From an uncultured Demequinaceae bacterium (GTDB lineage Bacteria > Actinomycetota > Actinomycetes > Actinomycetales > Demequinaceae): a stretch of 36,481 bases of DNA. The DNA lies in the NCBI GenBank assembly GCA_964535845.1, contig CAZHTO010000001.1:1-36481 (forward strand). Direction: 5' to 3'. The notes under the pieces were generated by a model that did no database searches, was not told where the DNA came from, and saw only the letters and a list, made by a program, of their open reading frames with translations. The position numbers and the translations under genes were made by a program. Shown here piece after piece: positions 8,620 through 19,100 of the stretch (position 1 is its first letter; the number at the start of each line of letters is the position of its first letter).

Positions 8620-9448
8620 CGCATTCGCAGACGTCCCCCACGAGCCGGGGGCTCCCAAGCAGGATCCGATCATCATTGCAGACCGCGTTCAGCGACGTTT
8701 CGGTGGACTCACCGCAGTCGATGTTGAGCACTACGAAGTGCAGCGTCACGCGATCACCGCCCTCATTGGCCCGAACGGCGCCGGTAAGTCCACCTTCTTC
8801 AACCTCCTCACCGGCTTCGACAAGCCCCAGCGAGGGGAGTGGCTCTTTAACGGGCACTCGATGAAGGGCACCTCCCCGGCCAAGATCGCGCGCGCAGGCA
8901 AGGTCCGTACGTTCCAGTTGACGAAGGCACTCAACCGCATGACGGTCATCGAGAACATGCGACTCGGGGCCGCAGAACAGGGTGGTGAAAACTTCTTCCG
9001 AGCGTTGGCGAGCCCTATGTGGCGCAGCCGAGAGAAAGAGATCACCGAACAAGCGCACGATCTACTCAACCGCTTCAAGCTGTACGAGAAGCGTAACGAC
9101 CACGCTGGCTCGCTCTCCGGAGGACAACGGAAACTCCTGGAAATGGCTCGGGCGCTGATGTCGGACCCAGAGATGATCATGCTCGACGAACCGATGGCCG
9201 GCGTGAACCCCGCACTTACCGAATCGCTTCTCGAGCACGTCGTCAAGCTCAAAGATGAGGGCAAATCGATTCTGTTCGTGGAGCACGACATGCACATGGT
9301 TCGCCGCATCGCACAGTGGGTCACTGTCATGGCCGAGGGACGCATCATCGCAGAGGGCCCGCCTGACACCGTCATGCAAAACCCTGCCGTACAAGACGCA
9401 TACCTGGGGGCGCACCACGACACAGACATCTCGGAGGAAGCCTCATGA
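8612..9448 (+). CDS. livG: ABC transporter ATP-binding protein (LivG-like)
   Basis: GPNGAGKST, RTFQ, LSGGQRK, MLDEPMAGVN and VEHDM motifs. Confidence 0.9.
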   Translation: MTDAFADVPHEPGAPKQDPIIIADRVQRRFGGLTAVDVEHYEVQRHAITALIGPNGAGKSTFFNLLTGFDKPQRGEWLFNGHSMKGTSPAKIARAGKVRTFQLTKALNRMTVIENMRLGAAEQGGENFFRALASPMWRSREKEITEQAHDLLNRFKLYEKRNDHAGSLSGGQRKLLEMARALMSDPEMIMLDEPMAGVNPALTESLLEHVVKLKDEGKSILFVEHDMHMVRRIAQWVTVMAEGRIIAEGPPDTVMQNPAVQDAYLGAHHDTDISEEAS

Positions 9449-10173
9449 TCGACGCGTCCGTCATTCTTCATGCCGATAATCTCTTCGCTGGCTATTTGCC
9501 CGGTATCGATATCCTCAATGGTTGTTCCATGGAAGTTCGCGAAGGTGAACTGATTGGCATTATTGGGCCGAACGGTGCGGGTAAGTCCACCTTTTTGAAG
9601 GCGCTATTCGGACTGGTGCCGGTGCGAAAGGGCACCGTCACCCTAGCCAACAAAGACATCACCAACCAACGGGCTGACGAGTTGGTACGAATGGGTGTGG
9701 GTTTTGTTCCGCAATCCAGCAATGTGTTCCCCTCCCTCACCATCATGGAGAATTTGGAGATGGGAGCGTTCCAACGCCCCAAAAAGTTCCGCGAGCAGTT
9801 CGAGAGAATTGGCGAGTTGTTCCCCAAACTCGTGGAACGTAAGCACCAACGGGCGGGATCGTTATCTGGCGGTGAACGCCAAATGGTCGCGATGGCACGT
9901 GCCCTGATGATGGACCCGCAGGTCCTGCTCTTGGACGAGCCCTCCGCTGGCCTCTCCCCCGACCGGCAAGACGAGACCTTTATGCGCACGCGGGAAATCA
10001 ATAAGTCTGGCGTGACCGTCATCATGGTGGAGCAAAACGCCCGCCGCTGCCTCCAGATCTGCCACCGCGGCTACGTTCTGGACCAGGGTACGACGGCGTA
10101 CACGGCTACCGGCCAAGAGCTACTGAAGGATCCCAAGGTCATCGAGCTCTACCTCGGCACGCTCGGGGCGTAG
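9445..10173 (+). CDS. livF: ABC transporter ATP-binding protein (LivF-like)
   Basis: GPNGAGKST, LSGGERQM, LLDEPSAGL and VEQNA motifs; ATGA overlap with livG. Confidence 0.9.
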   Translation: MIDASVILHADNLFAGYLPGIDILNGCSMEVREGELIGIIGPNGAGKSTFLKALFGLVPVRKGTVTLANKDITNQRADELVRMGVGFVPQSSNVFPSLTIMENLEMGAFQRPKKFREQFERIGELFPKLVERKHQRAGSLSGGERQMVAMARALMMDPQVLLLDEPSAGLSPDRQDETFMRTREINKSGVTVIMVEQNARRCLQICHRGYVLDQGTTAYTATGQELLKDPKVIELYLGTLGA

Positions 10174-10202
10174 CACTCCACCCGAACCACGGCTCATAGC
10201 TG

Positions 10203-10235
10203 AGGGCCCCGCTGGCGCGTTGCCGGCGGGGCCCT
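10203..10235 (+). terminator. GC-rich hairpin after livF
   Basis: AGGGCCCCGCTGGC-gcgtt-GCCGGCGGGGCCCT, a 14-bp stem with one G-U pair. Confidence 0.7.
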
Positions 10236-10296
10236 TCAGTCGCTAGCGGCCCCTCTAGGACTCCGTGCACAGGCCCGCCGAATAGGGCTTGACATG

Positions 10297-10332
10297 CCAC
10301 GAGGGCCCTGGCCTAAGCCAGAGCCCTCGTGG
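10297..10332 (-). terminator. Hairpin after the binding-protein gene
   Basis: CCACGAGGGCCCTGGC-ctaa-GCCAGAGCCCTCGTGG, 21 nt past the stop codon. Confidence 0.7.
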
Positions 10333-10353
10333 ACTGAGTCCTGATGAGTCAGA

Positions 10354-11622
10354 TCAGTCCGTGGGGACCTCTCCGTAAACCTCAGAGACCCAGTTCTGCA
10401 CGTTGTTCTCGTCGTACAGGTACACGCCAACATATGCCGCTGACGGGTCGTTGTTCTCGTTGATGGGCCCAACGCCGGAAACCGCCTTGTAGATGATGTC
10501 TTCACCATCTTCAAGCAGCGCCGCGCAGTCTGCGAAGCCCGAGCACTCGGTGCCGCCATTGGCGCCCGATACGGCGGCCATCGAGGCCTGAATCGAGGGT
10601 CCATCCGTGGCACCTGCGTGGACGGCAGCAAGTGCTGCGAGCATCACTGCGTCGTATGACTCAGCGCCATAGGCGAACGAGTCAAGTGCCGAGCCGTGAA
10701 CCTCGTTCAGGCGTTCCTTGAACTCTGCGTCCGGCTCGGCACCAGGAATGGTGCCCTGTGCACCTGCAATGGCTCCAGGCTCCAGGTCTTTCGAGTAGTC
10801 AGCAGTGTTGCCATCCGTCATGTACAGGGTCGTCGGGTCCATACCTGCAGCCAGGAGTGACGGAATGATTTGCTTGGTCTGGTCGAACGCGATCAGCACA
10901 ATTGCCTGTGGGTTGGTGCTCATTAGCGCCTCAACCTCAGCACTGAAGTTGGTCGCGGCCGGGTCAAACTCGTCACCAGGGTTACCGTACGTAATGGTGC
11001 CCCCGGCATCTTCGATAGTGGTCTTGATGACGTCACGCAGGCCAGTGCCGTAGTCCTCGTTGAAAACCAGCAGACCCACGTCAGTGTGACCATCTTCAAG
11101 AATCAAGTTCGCCAGAGCGTTGCCCTGGACCGAGTCCGGCGGAGCAGTCCGGAAGAAGAAGTCGTTGTAGCCAGAAAGTTCGGTCGCGGTGTTCGCAGGC
11201 GAGATCTGTACGACCTCCGCAGCCATCACGTCATCAATGAAGTTGAGCGTTACAGCCGACGACGCGGCGCCGACGATAACCGACACTCCATCTGAAATGA
11301 GTCGAGATGCAGACTGGGGTGCGATCTGTGCCTGCTGTGTGTCAGACGAGTCATCGTGAGTGATCTTGACGTCTTGACCCAACACGCCGCCAGCCTCGTT
11401 GATCTCTTGCTGAGCCAGGTTGACACCCGCAACTTCAGGTGGGCCCAGGAACGCGAGCGAACCAGTCAGCGGCAATACCGTGCCGATGTGCAACGCGTCA
11501 GTTGAGCCACCGTTACCGGACCCTGATCCCTCATTGCCGTCGCCAGAAGCGCAGGCCGCAAGGGCGAGCGAGGCCGTAGCGGCAAGTGCCGCGCCCCGCG
11601 CGATGGTGTTCCATCGTGCCAT
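10354..11622 (-). CDS. ABC transporter substrate-binding lipoprotein (LivJ/K-like)
   Basis: Lipobox LAAC, LPLTGSLAFLG and FFRTAPPD motifs. GGAGGG SD before ATG 11622. Confidence 0.9.
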   Translation of the reverse strand: MARWNTIARGAALAATASLALAACASGDGNEGSGSGNGGSTDALHIGTVLPLTGSLAFLGPPEVAGVNLAQQEINEAGGVLGQDVKITHDDSSDTQQAQIAPQSASRLISDGVSVIVGAASSAVTLNFIDDVMAAEVVQISPANTATELSGYNDFFFRTAPPDSVQGNALANLILEDGHTDVGLLVFNEDYGTGLRDVIKTTIEDAGGTITYGNPGDEFDPAATNFSAEVEALMSTNPQAIVLIAFDQTKQIIPSLLAAGMDPTTLYMTDGNTADYSKDLEPGAIAGAQGTIPGAEPDAEFKERLNEVHGSALDSFAYGAESYDAVMLAALAAVHAGATDGPSIQASMAAVSGANGGTECSGFADCAALLEDGEDIIYKAVSGVGPINENNDPSAAYVGVYLYDENNVQNWVSEVYGEVPTD

Positions 11623-11870
11623 GTTGTATTCCCTCCACACCTGGCGTTGATCCACCAGGCAATAGCTCCGGGGACGGTCCCCAGAGGCATTATCACCACG
11701 GTAGCGTCACGACGTTTCAAATGGGAGTTAAACGCGTCACAATCTCGTAACCTCGGTAGAAGGGAGGGACAGTATTCGCTCAATACCTTCTTTAAACGCA
11801 AGACTCTCGCGGAGTTCACTATTTCAATATGGCGAGAGGCATTGCTAGGCGCCATGACACCTAGATGCGG

Positions 11871-12500
11871 TTATGACTTTGAGTCACCCATCTGATCGAT
11901 GACAGCTTCAGCAACTTCGCGCATAGTCAAACGCCTGTCCATCGACGTCTTCTGAATCCATCGGAAGGCCTCGGGCTCATTGAGACGCATCTTCTCCATC
12001 AGCAAGCCTTTGGCGCGCTCAACCTTTTTGCGCGTGTCCATCCGCTCATTGATGTCTGCGATCTCAGATTCGAGAGCACGAATCTCTACAAAGCGTGAGG
12101 CGGCAATCTCCACGGCGGGGAGCAGGTCTGCCGGAGTAAAGGGCTTCACCACGTAAGCCATGGCACCGGCGTCACGTGCACGCTCTACGAGCTCTGTCTG
12201 ACTAAACGCTGTCAAGAGCACGACAGGCGCGACTCGCGCCGCAGCAATCTTCTCAGCAGCCGTAATGCCGTCCATGATGGGCATCTTGATGTCCATCACG
12301 ACCACATCAGGCTTGTGCTCGATCGCCAGCGCTACGCCCTCTTCGCCGTTGGCGGCCTCGCCAACCACGTCGTAGCCACCCTCGGTAAGGGTCTCGACGA
12401 TGTCCATCCGAATCAGGGCCTCGTCCTCAGCCACGACGGCACGGCGCTTTTTCGTAGCAGGCGCACCGACCGGCTCTACAAAATCATTGGTCTCAGTCAC
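11871..12500 (-). CDS. pdtaR: Response regulator with receiver and ANTAR domains (PdtaR/Rv1626 type)
   Basis: VAEDEALIR and MDIKMP receiver motifs; RKKVERAKGLLM and EAFRWIQKTSMDRR ANTAR motifs. GTG 12500 follows TAAGGT-N7. Confidence 0.92.
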   Translation of the reverse strand: MTETNDFVEPVGAPATKKRRAVVAEDEALIRMDIVETLTEGGYDVVGEAANGEEGVALAIEHKPDVVVMDIKMPIMDGITAAEKIAAARVAPVVLLTAFSQTELVERARDAGAMAYVVKPFTPADLLPAVEIAASRFVEIRALESEIADINERMDTRKKVERAKGLLMEKMRLNEPEAFRWIQKTSMDRRLTMREVAEAVIDQMGDSKS

Positions 12501-12638
12501 ACCGTCCACCTTAATGTCCCTTGGGCTCGTTAGGTACAACAATCGGCCCGATGCGCTGATTTTTGGCGTCTAACTGGCACCTTTTGGGGCTAGAAGGGAC
12601 TTAGCACCCCCAAAGACGCGCTAGCCTATTATCCGCTG

Positions 12639-12715
12639 GCCCCGATAGCCCAACTGGCAGAGGCATACGGCTCAAACCCGTACCAGTGTGGGTTCGAATC
12701 CCACTCGGGGCACCA
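12639..12715 (+). tRNA. tRNA-Leu (anticodon CAA), 77 nt, CCA encoded
   Basis: Acceptor GCCCCGA/TCGGGGC; anticodon arm TACGG-CTCAAAC-CCGTA; T arm GTGGG-TTCGAAT-CCCAC; discriminator A then CCA. Confidence 0.96.
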
Positions 12716-12717
12716 CG

Positions 12718-12741
12718 TCTCGGCTCATAGGTGAGCCGAGA
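12718..12741 (+). terminator. Perfect 10-bp hairpin just after the tRNA (terminator or processing stem)
   Basis: TCTCGGCTCA-tagg-TGAGCCGAGA with no U tract. Confidence 0.55.
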
Positions 12742-12761
12742 TTGAGAACGAGGAGACTTGA

Positions 12762-13220
12762 GTGTCCCAGACCACGCGTCACATTGCGCTTGTGGCCCAC
12801 GACCACAAAAAGCCCGAGCTTCTCGAGTGGGCGAGTTTCAACAAGGGAACCCTGGCCAAGCACCGCCTTTACGCCACTGGGACTACCGGGAGCATGCTGG
12901 AGAATGAGTTGAGCCTAGACGTTCACGCATTCTTGTCTGGGCCTGTGGGTGGAGACCAACAAATTGGCGCACGTATCGCCGAGGGCGGTATCGACATGCT
13001 GATCTTCCTGTGGGACCCGCTCGAGGCGCAACCACACGACCCCGATGTCAAGGCGCTGTTGAGACTTGGAACGGTTTGGAACATCCCGATGGCCACTAAC
13101 CTCGCGACCGCCGACTATTTGATCGCCTCTCCCCTGTTTCACGATGAGTACACGCGAGTGATGCCGACGATGGGCCCCCGCCGTTACACCGACTTTGCGG
13201 GCGGCTCAGAAGAGTCCTGA
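12762..13220 (+). CDS. mgsA: Methylglyoxal synthase
   Basis: [27 protein letters not shown] and [12 protein letters not shown] motifs; GAGGAG SD. Confidence 0.96.
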   Translation: MSQTTRHIALVAHDHKKPELLEWASFNKGTLAKHRLYATGTTGSMLENELSLDVHAFLSGPVGGDQQIGARIAEGGIDMLIFLWDPLEAQPHDPDVKALLRLGTVWNIPMATNLATADYLIASPLFHDEYTRVMPTMGPRRYTDFAGGSEES

Positions 13221-13226
13221 CAAACG

Positions 13227-13262
13227 ACTGGAGCCCGCTCTCTTACGAGAACGGGCTCCAGT
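13227..13262. terminator. Hairpin between convergent mgsA and pyk
   Basis: ACTGGAGCCCG ... CGGGCTCCAGT inverted repeat. Confidence 0.75.
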
Positions 13263-13286
13263 GCTGTCAATACCTGAGGTGCGGCA

Positions 13287-14705
13287 TTACGTGCGGACCT
13301 GGCCCACCTTGTGGACAAAGATCGAGTTGGTCGTTCCTGGCACGCCTACGGGAGTACCAGCAACCACCACAACATAGTCGCCGTCAGCAGCCTTGCCCGT
13401 GTCCTTGAGATAACGGTCAACCATGTTGACCATCTCGTCGGTGGTCTCGACGGGGTCAACCAGTTGCGCGTCGACACCCCAACTGAGCGCTAGGCGCTTC
13501 TGCGTCTTGACGTCCGGCGTAAACGCCAGCATGGGCACCTGCGGACGCAGACGCGCCATACGGAGCGCGGAGTCGCCAGACTGAGTGAAGGTCACGATGT
13601 ACTTGATGTCCAAGTTGTCGGCAATTTCAGCAGCTGCGTGAGTGACCGAGCCACCGCGCGACTTGGGCGTCGTCAGGAAGGGCGCGATGCGCGTGAAGCC
13701 CTTCTTTTCTGTGTTGCTGACAATGCGCGCCATGGTTTCAACGGTCACGATCGGGAAGTCGCCCACCGATGTCTCCCCGGACAGCATGACTGCGTCGGTA
13801 CCGTCCAGAATGGCGTTCGCACAGTCGGAGGTCTCTGCGCGGGTGGGAACTGGCGAGTGAGTCATGGACTCGAGCACCTGTGTCGCCACGATGACGGGCT
13901 TGGCGTAGGCACGGCACAACTCGATTGCGTCCTTTTGCACTAGTGGGACATCTTCGAGTGGCAACTCAACACCGAGGTCACCACGGGCGACCATGATGCC
14001 GTCGAAGGCGTGCACGATCTCTTCGAGGTTATCGACGGCCTGTGGCTTCTCAACCTTGGCGATCACGGGGAGAGTGACCCCTTCGGCATCCATGATGCGC
14101 TTGACGTCAGCGTAGTCCTCTGCAGATCGCACAAACGAGAGTGCGATGAAGTCTGCACCGAGCTTTATTGCCCAGCGCAAGTCGTCCTCGTCCTTCTCAG
14201 AGAGGGCAGGGACGGATACTGCGACACCAGGCAGGTTAATGCCCTTGTTGTTTGACACAGGTCCCGGCACAATTACTTCAGTGACGACGTCAGTGTCGGA
14301 GACCTCGGTGACCTTAAGGCTCACCTTGCCGTCGTCAATGAGCAACGTGTCACCAGGTGAGCAGTCTCCGGGTAAGCCCTTAAACGTGGTGCCGCAAATG
14401 TCTTTGGTGCCTTCGACGTCACGAGTGGTGATGGTAAACACGTCGCCCTTAGCAAGATCGTGCGGCCCATCAGCAAAGCGACCTAGCCGGATCTTGGGTC
14501 CTTGGAGGTCTACTAGCACGGCAACGTTGCGGCCAGCCTCTTCAGCTGCCTGGCGAACGTTGCGGTAAACCTGCTCGTGCTCTTCCGCACTTCCGTGAGA
14601 GCGGTTGATTCGGGCGACATCCATCCCCGCATCCACCAACTGGCGCATGTTTTCGAGGGCGGCCGTCGCGGGGCCGATGGTACAGACAATCTTGGCGTTT
14701 CGCAT
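13287..14705 (-). CDS. pyk: Pyruvate kinase
   Basis: AKIVCTIGPA, DLQGPKIR, IAKVEK, MVARGDLG and MLSGET motifs. Confidence 0.98.
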   Translation of the reverse strand: MRNAKIVCTIGPATAALENMRQLVDAGMDVARINRSHGSAEEHEQVYRNVRQAAEEAGRNVAVLVDLQGPKIRLGRFADGPHDLAKGDVFTITTRDVEGTKDICGTTFKGLPGDCSPGDTLLIDDGKVSLKVTEVSDTDVVTEVIVPGPVSNNKGINLPGVAVSVPALSEKDEDDLRWAIKLGADFIALSFVRSAEDYADVKRIMDAEGVTLPVIAKVEKPQAVDNLEEIVHAFDGIMVARGDLGVELPLEDVPLVQKDAIELCRAYAKPVIVATQVLESMTHSPVPTRAETSDCANAILDGTDAVMLSGETSVGDFPIVTVETMARIVSNTEKKGFTRIAPFLTTPKSRGGSVTHAAAEIADNLDIKYIVTFTQSGDSALRMARLRPQVPMLAFTPDVKTQKRLALSWGVDAQLVDPVETTDEMVNMVDRYLKDTGKAADGDYVVVVAGTPVGVPGTTNSIFVHKVGQVRT

Positions 14706-14715
14706 GGTCTCCAAC

Positions 14716-16191
14716 TTAGCGGTTCTTTACCCGGATCGCGGACGCGTGCGCCGTGACCGGAACTGGAAGCTCGGTGCTACCGAGCAAATGTTCGTCGATT
14801 GCGGCTGCTGCCGCACGTCCCTCCGCGATCGCCCATACTATGAGCGACGCACCCCTTCCAGCGTCTCCGGCGACGAATATCCCGTCAACACTGGTCGTGT
14901 AATCCGTGGCACGCTGGATCTCACCACGGTCTGAGACTGCCACGTCACTTTGTGTTGTCAAGTGAGCAGTTTCAGGACCAGTAAACCCCATTGCGATGAG
15001 GACCAAGTCCGCGGGGATCTCTTTCTCAGTGCCTGGCGTGGGGGTACGCGAGCCATCCGCGTTGTACTGAGTTTGGGCGACCACCAACCGCTTGACGTGA
15101 CCGCTGTCGTCACCTTCAAAGCGGACTGTTGACGCGAGGTAGTCACGCGAACCGCCCTCTTCGTGGCTCGACGAGACCTCAAACAATCGCGGCTCTGTGG
15201 GCCACGGCTGATTGTCGGGGCGCTCAAGCGGTGGCCGGGCACCGATGGCAAGCGTTGTCACTGATGCCGCCTGCTGCCGCAAGGCGGTGCCAATGCAGTC
15301 GGAGCCCGTGTCACCGCCGCCAATCACCACCACGTGCTTGCCAGTAGCGGTGATCTGCTCAGGGAACACGTCCCCGGCAGCCGCCTGGTTGCCTTGGTGC
15401 AGATATTGCATCGCAAAGTGAATGCCATCAAGTTCACGGCCGGGCATTGGGAGGTCCCTGGGCAGGGGTGCTCCGGTCGCTACTAGCACCGCGTCATAAC
15501 GCGCCCTGAGCTCGTTCCAGGGCAAGTCAACGCCAATATGCACTCCGGTGCGAAAGCGCGTGCCCTCGGCCGCCATTTGCTCAATCCGGCGGTCAATATG
15601 GTGCTTCTCCAGTTTGAAATCAGGCACCCCGTAACGCAAGAGGCCACCTAGTCGATCATCTTTCTCGAACACTCTGACCGTGTGGCCTACGCGGGTGAGT
15701 TGTTGAGCGGCAGCGAGGCCAGCGGGCCCAGAGCCCACCACCGCGATGGTCTTACCTGTTTGCCGCTGAGGCACGATGGGCTGGACATTGCCGTGCTCAA
15801 ACGCGTGATCGATAATTTCGACTTCAATGTTCTTGATTGTCACTGCGGGCTGGTTAATGCCAAGCACACACGAACTCTCGCATGGTGCAGGGCAAATTCG
15901 GCCCGTGAACTCAGGGAAGTTGTTTGTCTCGTGGAGTCGCTCGATGGCGTCTTTCCAGTGGCCTTCCCTGACGAGGTCGTTCCACTCCGGTATCAAGTTG
16001 CCTAACGGGCAGCCTTGATGGCAGAACGGCACGCCGCAGTCCATGCACCTAGATGCTTGGCGTCGGAGCACGGCATCATCTCGACCGAGCTCGTCGCGGA
16101 CTTCTTTCCAGTCGAGTAGGCGCACCGGAACTGGCCGGTTGCGAGGCAACTCTCGCTCACGCACTTTCAAAAACCCACGGGGATCAGCCAC
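14716..16191 (-). CDS. gltD: Glutamate synthase small subunit
   Basis: [25 protein letters not shown] and GGGDTGSDC motifs. Confidence 0.97.
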   Translation of the reverse strand: MADPRGFLKVRERELPRNRPVPVRLLDWKEVRDELGRDDAVLRRQASRCMDCGVPFCHQGCPLGNLIPEWNDLVREGHWKDAIERLHETNNFPEFTGRICPAPCESSCVLGINQPAVTIKNIEVEIIDHAFEHGNVQPIVPQRQTGKTIAVVGSGPAGLAAAQQLTRVGHTVRVFEKDDRLGGLLRYGVPDFKLEKHHIDRRIEQMAAEGTRFRTGVHIGVDLPWNELRARYDAVLVATGAPLPRDLPMPGRELDGIHFAMQYLHQGNQAAAGDVFPEQITATGKHVVVIGGGDTGSDCIGTALRQQAASVTTLAIGARPPLERPDNQPWPTEPRLFEVSSSHEEGGSRDYLASTVRFEGDDSGHVKRLVVAQTQYNADGSRTPTPGTEKEIPADLVLIAMGFTGPETAHLTTQSDVAVSDRGEIQRATDYTTSVDGIFVAGDAGRGASLIVWAIAEGRAAAAAIDEHLLGSTELPVPVTAHASAIRVKNR

Positions 16192-19100
16192 CGGTCACCT
16201 CCAAGAACGAATTCCAAGCACCCGGGGCGTGTAGATCTCCACCATCGGCTTCAAGTTCCGCAAGCGCCGTACGCACTCGCGCGTATTGCGCGGGAAGAAT
16301 CCTCGTAAACCGCTCTCGGAACTCGTCCCACCGTTGCAAGATGTCACGAGCCCGCGGCGAATCAGTGAACTCCTGGTGCCGCGAGATCAGTCGGTGCACG
16401 ATGGCCTCGTCTTCTGCGTCTAACGGCGCGAACTCGAGTTCGCCCGCAGCGACTGCCTGGGGGTTCACCCGCTCGCGGCGAAGGTCAAGCACGTACGCGG
16501 TTCCGCCTGACATGCCTGCGCCAAGATTGCGACCTGTGCGGCCCAGAATCACGGCGGTGCCACCGGTCATGTATTCGAGGGCGTGGTCGCCCACGCCGGC
16601 AACGACCGCGCTTGCACCAGAGTTGCGCACCAAGAAGCGCTCCCCCACGAGGCCGCGCAAGAAGATTTCGCCACCGGTGGCCCCGTAGCCCACGACATTG
16701 CCTGCGATGACGTCTTTAGAGTCATCCATCATTGCTTCTCGGTGCGGCCGTACCACCACTCGGCCACCCGATAAGCCCTTGGCAACGTAGTCGTTGGCGT
16801 CCCCGAGTAGCCGCAGCGTGATGCCTCGTGGCAAGAATGCTCCGAATGACTGCCCCGCAGAGCCGTTAAACGTAATGTCGATAGTGCCGTCGGGCAAGCC
16901 CGCGCCACGGTAGCGCTTAGTGACCTCGTGGCCGAGCATGGTCCCGACGGTGCGGTTGACGTTGCGGATAGGCATGTCGAGTGACACGTGCGCACCGTCG
17001 TTCAGCGCATCGGCACATAGCTCAATGAGCGTACGGTCCAACGCCTGGTCAAGACCATGGTCCTGAGCGACAGCGCTGGTAATTGCACTACCTTCTGGCG
17101 GCCTCACGAGCACTGGCTCCAGATTGAGCCCCCGTGCTTTCCAATGGGTGACGGCTGCGCGGGCATCTAGAGCCTCCACATGCCCGACTGCCTCCGCAAT
17201 GGAACGAAAGCCGAGTTGAGCCAGATATTCACGGACCTGCTGGGCAATGAACTCAAAGAAGTTCACCACAAACTCAGGCTTACCGGTAAAACGCTCCCGC
17301 AGCTCGGGGTTCTGAGTAGCGACACCTACCGGGCACGTATCAAGATGGCATACGCGCATCATGATGCATCCCTCGACAACCAGCGGAGCTGTCGCAAAGC
17401 CAAACTCTTCGGCACCTAGCAGCGCTGCCACCATCACGTCGCGCCCGGTCTTGAGTTGTCCATCCACTTGAACAACAATCCGGTCGCGCAAGTCGTTGAG
17501 TACGAGCGTCTGCTGGGTCTCTGCCAACCCGATCTCCCACGGTGCCCCCGCATGCTTGAGAGAGTTCAGCGGGCTCGCTCCGGTTCCACCGTCCTGGCCA
17601 GAGATCAGCACGACGTCCGACTTACATTTGGCCACCCCCGCCGCGATAGTTCCGACACCCACCTCAGAAACCAACTTGGTGTGGATACGCGCAGAGGGGT
17701 TGGCATTCTTCAGGTCGTGGATCAGTTGCTTAAGATCCTCGATCGAATAAATGTCGTGATGAGGAGGCGGGGATATCAGGCCCACACCGGGCGTGGAATG
17801 CCGAGTCGCGGCGATCCAGGGGTAGACCTTATTGCCTGGTAGTTGACCACCCTCACCGGGTTTGGCGCCTTGTGCCAGTTTGATTTGCAAATCGTCTGCA
17901 TTGACCAAGTACTCACTGGTGACTCCGAACCGTCCCGACGCCACTTGCTTGATTGCGCTACGGCGCTCAGGGTCATAGAGCCGCTCTGGCGACTCGCCGC
18001 CTTCACCGGTATTCGATCGCGCGCCCAGACGATTCATCGCAATAGCGAGCGTCTCGTGTGCCTCTGCCGAGATGGACCCGTAGGACATCGCGCCGGTGTT
18101 GAAACGCTTGACGATCTCGCTCACAGGCTCGACTTCTTCAATGTCGATCGCAGGCCGGTCGCTCGAGAAATCAAGCAACCCCCGCAACGTCATGAGGCGC
18201 TTCGAGTGATCATCGACACGATCCGTGTACTCACGGAACACGTCGTAGCGACGAGTACGTGTCGCGTGCTGCAACGTGAAAACCGTATGAGGGTCGAAGA
18301 GGTGCTCCTCGCCGTCACGGCGCCACTGGTACTCGCCACCGGTCCTTAAGCGTTCGTGAGGTGGCATGTCGCCCGATGCCGGGTACGCATCGGCGTGCCG
18401 TTGTGCGACCTCTTGCGCAATCACGTCAAGCCCCACACCATCAATTTGGCTAGGTGTCCCAGTGAAATGCCTTCCGACCAGTTCACGCGACAAGCCAACT
18501 GCTTCGAAGACCTGAGCACCGCGATATGACGCGATAGTCGAGATGCCCATCTTGGACATGATCTTCAGAACGCCCTTACCGAGAGCCTTGATGAGGTTTC
18601 GGAACGCCTGCTCGGGCGTCACATCCCCCAGATAGCCGCGATCAGCCAGGTCTTCGACAGTTTCCATTGCGAGGTACGGGTTGACCGCCGCACCCCCGTA
18701 GCCAATGAGCAGCGCAACGTGATGCACTTCTCGCACGTCGCCTGCTTCTACCAGCAAAGACACACGAGTGCGGGTGTGCTGACGCACCAGATGGTGATGC
18801 ACCGCAGAGGTCAGCAAAAGCGAAGGAATGGGCGCGAACTCTTGGTTAGAGTCACGGTCCGACAGCACGATGAATGACACTCCGTCGCCAACCGCCTGAT
18901 CCACTTCGGCGAAGATCTCAGTGAGCCGTCGCTCGAGCCCTTCCTGCCCGTCGCTTACCCGGTAAAGCCCGCGAACTTTGCGAGCCGAGAAGATCCCTTG
19001 GAGGTTCGGCACCGCATCGATGTGCAGAATCTTTGCAAGCTCATCGTTGTCGATGACAGGGAAGTCGAGCAAGATCTTGCGTGCGTGCTCCGGCGTCGCA

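Noticed and set aside
10331-10380. CTGATGAG resembling a hammerhead ribozyme core
   Set aside because: No stem II followed by GAAA, and the region runs into the binding-protein stop codon.
10236-10631. Alternative-frame ORF extending past the binding-protein stop (possible frameshift)
   Set aside because: The main frame ends normally before a hairpin, and the alternative product is unrecognisable.
11639-11690. Two leader hairpins as an ANTAR target of the adjacent PdtaR
   Set aside because: The loops (CCG and GAUCAA) lack the A1/G4 hexaloop pattern.
12581-12615. Imperfect inverted repeat between pdtaR and the tRNA
   Set aside because: Gapped and built on homopolymer runs; too weak to call an operator.
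12690-13290. Integrative element at the tRNA-Leu 3' end
   Set aside because: I saw no integrase and no duplicated tRNA 3' end (att site).
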